A stretch of DNA of 64,000 nucleotides from Methanomassiliicoccales archaeon (GTDB taxonomy: Archaea > Thermoplasmatota > Thermoplasmata > Methanomassiliicoccales > UBA472): the NCBI GenBank assembly GCA_028682895.1, contig JAJRAK010000057.1, positions 48,778-112,777 on the forward strand. The letters run 5' to 3'. Position numbers and translations under genes: made by a program. Below the pieces are notes generated by a model that saw only the letters and a program-made list of their open reading frames with translations, did not search any database and was not told the DNA's origin. Below are positions 59,482 through 64,000 of the stretch, piece by piece; positions within the stretch are counted from its first letter, which is position 1, and each line of letters begins with the position of its first letter.

Positions 59482-62075
59482 ACGACCATACCAACGCATT
59501 GATCGCCTCCAGGGAATGGAAGAACGAATGCCGGCCCAAGCTCAGCCGCTTGCAGATGGAGGCCGAGGGAGGATGCGGAGTGGTCGGGCTGGCCGCGTCC
59601 ATGGGACTTCCGGGAAGTCATATCATGGAGCCGCTGGTGCAGATGCACAACCGCGGCAACGGCAAGGGCGGCGGCATCGCCGCCGTAGGACTTGACGCCA
59701 AACAGATGAAGGTCCCAGAACAGGTGCTGAAAGACAACTACCTGGTGCAGGTCGCCTACGTAGACCCTGCCTCACGCGAGGAGCTGGAGAGGCAGTTCAT
59801 AGATGAGCGCTACATCGTCCACACCCGCTACATGGTCGAGGAGAGCGACGACCCGACCGTCCTCTCCGTCCTTCCGGTAAGACCGCCGCAGGTATGGCGC
59901 TACTTCTGCCGGGCCAGGCCTGAACGTTTGAAGGCGTTCGTGGAGGAGCGGGGGCTGCAGGGCATGGACGCCCGGCGGGCCGAGGACGAGTTCGTCAGTC
60001 AGACCAGCTTCGTCATCAACGACCTGTTCTATGTGAAGAGGGGGATGAAGGCCTTCGTCATGTCGCACGGTCGCGACATGATCATCATGAAGGTGGTCGG
60101 CTACGCCGAGGACGTCATCCGCTTCTATCGCCTGGAGAACGTGACCGCACACGTCTGGATAGGGCACCAGCGCTATCCCACCAAGGGCAAGGTCTGGCAC
60201 CCAGGCGGGGCCCATCCGTTCATAGGCATGGACGAGGGGCTGGTGCATAACGGTGATTTTGCCAACTACCACTCGGTGAGCGAATACCTGGCTCAGAAGA
60301 ACGTCGTGCCGCAGTTCCTAACGGACACGGAGGTCTCGGTGCTTCTGTTCGACCTCCTGAACCGGACCTACGGCTATCCGTTGGAATACATAATCGAAGC
60401 GTTGGCCCCGACGACGGAGCGTGACTTCCATAATCTGCCTGAAGATAAGAAGAAAATATATCAGGCGATCCAGCGCACCCATGTGCACGCCTCGCCGGAC
60501 GGTCCCTGGTTCTTCATAATCGCCAGGAACTGCTTCTATGAGGACAAGTACCAGCTGATCGGGATAACAGACCCGTCCATGCTGAGGCCGCAGGTCTTCG
60601 CCCTGGTCGAAGGTGACGTGCAGATAGCGCTCATCGGCTCGGAGAAGCAAGCGATAGACTCGGCCCTGCGCTCGATCTCGAAGGACCATCCATCGGTCCC
60701 CAAGCAGGCGGACATCTACTGGAACGCCCGCGGCGGCAGCCATACTGACGGCGGTGCCTTCGTCTTCAACCTGGAGAAGGATGGGAACGGAAGGAGATTG
60801 GTCTGCACAAATAAGTTCTCGGCACCGGTCCATCTACAAATGGCGTACGACCGACAGGGGGACCTTAGCTTGGCCGCCCCGCTCAAGACCGGGGGCGAGG
60901 ACCCGCTCGTTTCGTCCGGTGACGGGGAAGAGATGTTCCGCCGGTTCATCTCCGCCCTGCCGTCCATGGACGCCACGTCGTTCCGCAACATGCTCCAGGC
61001 CGCCATGGCCAGAGCCTCGCGCGGGGACGACGATGTCAAGGCAGTGCTCGACCTCCTCACCTTGATGATCGATAGGCGCTATCCATGCGCCAAGCTCAGG
61101 CGCAGCCGCGTGATCGACAAGGCATTGGAGGCGGTGAACGGCATCAGCAGGGCATTGACGAGGGCGCCCGGTAATGGTTCCAGATACATGTTAGTGGACC
61201 AGCAGGACCGCGGGGGCTTGCCTGCGGTCCAGGATGCCGGACGCACACTGATGGTGGACTGCCGCGGGTTCCCCATGGAGGGTGAGGACGGCCCGTCCTT
61301 CGTCATACGGGACGCCTTTGAAAAAGGCTGGAGGCACGTCATCATGATCGATGCCCACGGCCAGCGCTTCTTCGGCTGCGGTCTCGGACAGAGCTCCCAG
61401 GGCATGAAGGTAGAAGCGTACGGTACGTCCGGTGACTATCTCGCCTCCGGTCTGGCCGGGGCAGAGGTAGTGGTCCATGGCAACGCCCAGGACCAGCTCG
61501 GGCAGATATTCGCCTCCGGGAAGCTGGTAGTGCATGGTGACGTAGGGCAGACGTTCATGTACGGGGCGAAAGGTGGCGAGGCCTATATCATGGGAAATGC
61601 AGCTGGTCGCCCTCTGATCAACGCCGTGGGCAAGCCACGCGTGGTCATCAACGGCACCTGCCTGGACTATCTGGCGGAATCGTTCATGGCCGGAGACCCG
61701 CTGAACGGCGGCGGCTTCGTCATCCTGAACGGCATCACCTTCGATGCTGATGGAAGACCGACGGAGCTGGCGGCCCCGTACCCGGGTAGCAACCTGTTCT
61801 CCCTGGCATCGGGCGGCGCGATATACGTGCGCGACCCTCATCGGAAGGTCACTGCGGACCAGCTCAACGGCGGACGTTTCGGGAAGATGACCGACAAGGA
61901 CTGGGAGACCATACTGCCGTACCTACGGGAGAACGAGCGCCTGTTCGGTGTGCCGGTGGAAGGGTTCCTGCTCAACGTCGGTGGGAGGACCGCACCTTCG
62001 TGCAAGGTCTACCGGAAGATCGTGCCCCTGACCGCGAGAACGGTCGAGGATGAGCCGTTGGACGATGATATATGA
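59478..62075 (+). CDS. gltB: Glutamate synthase class-II glutamine amidotransferase domain (GltB domain 1) fused to the GXGXG domain (GltB domain 3)
   Basis: ATG 59478 has an ATGA overlap with the previous stop. The Ntn-type Cys context is GGCGVVGLAAS and GHQRYPTKG is present. The C-terminal beta-helix repeats are GTSGDYLASGLAGAEVVVHGNAQDQLGQIFASGKLVVHGDVGQTFMYGAKGGEAYIMGNAAGRPL. The catalytic Cys is residue 33 of this ORF, or residue 7 if translation starts at M27 (59556). Confidence 0.85.
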   Translation: MNDHTNALIASREWKNECRPKLSRLQMEAEGGCGVVGLAASMGLPGSHIMEPLVQMHNRGNGKGGGIAAVGLDAKQMKVPEQVLKDNYLVQVAYVDPASREELERQFIDERYIVHTRYMVEESDDPTVLSVLPVRPPQVWRYFCRARPERLKAFVEERGLQGMDARRAEDEFVSQTSFVINDLFYVKRGMKAFVMSHGRDMIIMKVVGYAEDVIRFYRLENVTAHVWIGHQRYPTKGKVWHPGGAHPFIGMDEGLVHNGDFANYHSVSEYLAQKNVVPQFLTDTEVSVLLFDLLNRTYGYPLEYIIEALAPTTERDFHNLPEDKKKIYQAIQRTHVHASPDGPWFFIIARNCFYEDKYQLIGITDPSMLRPQVFALVEGDVQIALIGSEKQAIDSALRSISKDHPSVPKQADIYWNARGGSHTDGGAFVFNLEKDGNGRRLVCTNKFSAPVHLQMAYDRQGDLSLAAPLKTGGEDPLVSSGDGEEMFRRFISALPSMDATSFRNMLQAAMARASRGDDDVKAVLDLLTLMIDRRYPCAKLRRSRVIDKALEAVNGISRALTRAPGNGSRYMLVDQQDRGGLPAVQDAGRTLMVDCRGFPMEGEDGPSFVIRDAFEKGWRHVIMIDAHGQRFFGCGLGQSSQGMKVEAYGTSGDYLASGLAGAEVVVHGNAQDQLGQIFASGKLVVHGDVGQTFMYGAKGGEAYIMGNAAGRPLINAVGKPRVVINGTCLDYLAESFMAGDPLNGGGFVILNGITFDADGRPTELAAPYPGSNLFSLASGGAIYVRDPHRKVTADQLNGGRFGKMTDKDWETILPYLRENERLFGVPVEGFLLNVGGRTAPSCKVYRKIVPLTARTVEDEPLDDDI

Positions 62076-62126
62076 AAGCGCAACCATCATGAGCCCCCAA
62101 GGCACTTCCTCCTAGGGGAGAGGACC

Positions 62127-62855
62127 TTGGGCGGACCTGATAACGCGGACGGGGGAGCTGATGGACCCATCTGGGACAGGCTCATCTTCGACCATATCGG
62201 TCCAACACAGGTCGTGGTGGAGATATTCTACGGCCTGATAATGGCCATGGCCCTGAGCAACACCTTGCGCTTGGCGTTGATCGGACAACCGGCGAACGAG
62301 GTGGCCTACGTCATCTCCATCGCCGTTTTAGGGTGCAATGCTGCCTGGGGGATCGCCGACGGTACCGTGAACGCCTTGGCCTCCCACTACCAGAACGTCT
62401 ATTATTATCGCCTGGTAAAGAAGATCAAGGAGGGCAAGGACGATAGGGACACCAGGGAGCTGGCGGACAGGGTGCTGACCGAGGCGCTCGACGAGATACA
62501 GGTCGACGTACTGGACGATGATACCAAATGGCTGATGGGCGATGCCATCATCCAATCGGTCAAGAGGAAGGAGATAAGGCACCCGAAGGTCGGGAGGTCA
62601 CATCTCATCGCCGGTCTTTGGTGCATACTGCTGAACATATTGGCCGCGCTCCCGTTCGTGCTGATATATCAGTTCATGACCATCATCGACACGAACATCG
62701 TGACGTTGATCGCCAACATCGTGGGCGCAGCGCTGCTGTTCGCCCTGGGCACCTTCCTGGACCGTCAGATGGGAAGAGGAAGGGCCAAGACCGGATGGAT
62801 AATGGTCGGTCTGGGCATGCTCATGCTCCTCACGATAATCGTCCTCGGAGGATGA
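62127..62855 (+). CDS. Hypothetical integral membrane protein
   Basis: A TTG start follows GGGGAGAGG. 242 aa with two N-terminal TM segments, a charged cytoplasmic insert of about 70 aa (KKIKEGKDDRDTRELADR...) and three C-terminal TM segments. The topology is reminiscent of VIT1/CCC1-like carriers, but their motifs are not evident. Confidence 0.4.
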   Translation: MGGPDNADGGADGPIWDRLIFDHIGPTQVVVEIFYGLIMAMALSNTLRLALIGQPANEVAYVISIAVLGCNAAWGIADGTVNALASHYQNVYYYRLVKKIKEGKDDRDTRELADRVLTEALDEIQVDVLDDDTKWLMGDAIIQSVKRKEIRHPKVGRSHLIAGLWCILLNILAALPFVLIYQFMTIIDTNIVTLIANIVGAALLFALGTFLDRQMGRGRAKTGWIMVGLGMLMLLTIIVLGG

Positions 62856-62902
62856 TGCGTCTAGCGCAATCTTTTTGAGCTCAATAACGCAAGTATCATA
62901 CG

Positions 62903-63451
62903 ATGCCTATGCGAGCATACAACCTTCTGGTGACCTTTCACCATAACCAGAAAGGTCATGCCGAGCAAGAGGTCAGGGACCGCATGAAGGACCTGGGTGC
63001 CTACGTTGAGAAGCTAGAGCTCTGTGATACGGAAGGAGTGTTCCTGATACAGGTCGGTGGGGACGCCAAGGTCCTGGTATCGCAATTGAAGCGCATGTGC
63101 CATGAGGACCCCGGGCAGTTCCTGTACACCTATCATTGGGTGCCGATCGAGCGATGGGTCGTGTCTCAGATGAGCGACCTTCGTTCCGCGGTGACAGAGA
63201 TAGGAAAGGGAATAGGTGACGGTGAGACGTGGATGATGCACCTTCACAAGCGGCATTTCGAAGAGCACCATGATGACATCATCGCCTATCTCACCGACCC
63301 GCTGAACAAAGGCCCGGTGAACATGAGCGACCCGGACCGCATCATAGCGGTGGAGATACTGGGAAAGAGCTCGGACATCTCCCTCCTGAACCGGTATGAG
63401 CTGTTGGACGTGAACAAGGTCAAACAGACCTTGGAAGCGGACAGACTTTAA
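62903..63451 (+). CDS. Small THUMP-domain RNA-binding protein (COG1818-like)
   Basis: 182 aa with the N-terminus YNLLVTFHHNQKGHAEQEVRDRM...GVFLIQVGGDAK...PGQFLYTYHWVPIERWV. This is characteristic of the stand-alone archaeal THUMP proteins as I remember them. Confidence 0.55.
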   Translation: MPMRAYNLLVTFHHNQKGHAEQEVRDRMKDLGAYVEKLELCDTEGVFLIQVGGDAKVLVSQLKRMCHEDPGQFLYTYHWVPIERWVVSQMSDLRSAVTEIGKGIGDGETWMMHLHKRHFEEHHDDIIAYLTDPLNKGPVNMSDPDRIIAVEILGKSSDISLLNRYELLDVNKVKQTLEADRL

Positions 63452-63672
63452 GGGCATGCCCTCGGACCCTTAGCTCAGCGTAAGCTTCATCGAATTCTCC
63501 TCATTTATTACACGTTTGTTCTGTCCTTCTTTATGAATCGATACATTTGTATGTTCATCAGCGCGAACAGTAGCTGAAGGTCAAGGTGACCGTCGGGCGA
63601 CTGATAAAATCGTATATTTGAGATAATTTAAAAATGGACCGCAATGTATAATAATAGGGAAAAAAACTCGGG

Positions 63673-63897
63673 ATGCTCATGGTATCCCCTCAAGTAGAGA
63701 AACTGTTCAACGCATTGATGAAGGCCGGCGTCACCGCCGAGGACAAGGCCATCAGCGCCGAGAAGGCAACTGCCCTCTCCAAGCTGCCCAAGGCCCAGTG
63801 CATGAACGCCCTGCAGGAACTGAAGAAGGCTGGCGCGCTGAAGGAAAAGAAGAACAACAATGCGGTCTCATATTTCCTTGTGAAAACTTCACTGTGA
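63673..63897 (+). CDS. Hypothetical small protein, possibly winged-helix DNA-binding
   Basis: 74 aa, helical and Lys/Ala-rich (LFNALMKAGVTAEDKAISAEKATALSKLPKAQCMNALQELKKAGALKEKK.NNAVSYFLV). It is preceded by an AT-rich spacer. I recognise no family. Confidence 0.3.
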   Translation: MLMVSPQVEKLFNALMKAGVTAEDKAISAEKATALSKLPKAQCMNALQELKKAGALKEKKNNNAVSYFLVKTSL

Positions 63898-64000
63898 ACA
63901 CCCTGGGGGATGCCAGGCATCCCTCGGGATGCCGGCGAAGGATGCTCGATGTTCTTTTCATTTAAATCGACCGCGCGTCGGCAACGTTCAGCGAAAGGAT

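Noticed and set aside
63464-63480. The sequence GGACCCTTAGCTCAGCG resembles the 5' acceptor and D-arm of a tRNA. It could be a tRNA fragment or an att-site remnant.
   Set aside because: No anticodon arm, T-arm (GTTCRANYC) or matching acceptor 3' strand follows. A 17-nt resemblance to the very common TAGCTCAG motif is weak evidence.

Overview
This 64 kb window comes from a moderately GC-rich archaeon. The evidence is aRF1, family-B DNA polymerase, Rpo4/RpoF, L15e, L21e, aIF-1A, Rio1, Pus10, PurP and an intron-containing tRNA. It is probably a euryarchaeon of the Thermoplasmata or methanogen type, but I cannot verify that from here. All calls come from reading the supplied ORF translations, my own translation of selected stretches, and motif recognition from memory. 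No database search was run.

I call about 60 protein genes and 3 tRNAs: Gln-CUG, Leu-CAG and Glu-UUC. The tRNA-Glu has a 25-nt intron and an encoded CCA. I saw no rRNA, no CRISPR array, and no recognisable transposase or integrase.

The housekeeping blocks are:
- pyrH, prf1, argS
- purP
- adk
- L15e, PolB, YchF
- KsgA, DUF655, Rpo4, L21e, Pus10
- KH/Dim2, Rio1, aIF1A
- gldA
- a split archaeal-type glutamate synthase cluster

The accessory content is:
- two very large membrane-anchored surface proteins, one PKD-rich and packed with N-glycosylation sequons, the other BspA-type LRR plus six FN3 repeats
- a TrmB/MMPL unit followed by a three-gene lipid-linked glycosylation cluster
- a 702-aa flotillin-like protein
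- an orphan radical-SAM gene flanked by AT-rich spacers

The best candidate for an undescribed system is at 50.3-54.1 kb. It is a tightly coupled Rsb-type partner-switching operon: a membrane SpoIIE/PP2C phosphatase, an RsbW-like GHKL serine kinase and a STAS protein. Its fourth, translationally coupled gene is an intact MBL-fold hydrolase fused to a degenerate histidine-kinase-like C-terminus. The host should have no sigma factor, so this gene is the likely output.

A second, unrelated GHKL-ATPase plus STAS-like pair sits in a low-GC islet at 40.5-41.7 kb.

The glutamate synthase cluster also carries two extra genes: a FAD/Fe-S oxidoreductase and a degenerate FMN-domain paralogue. These may form an electron-input module.
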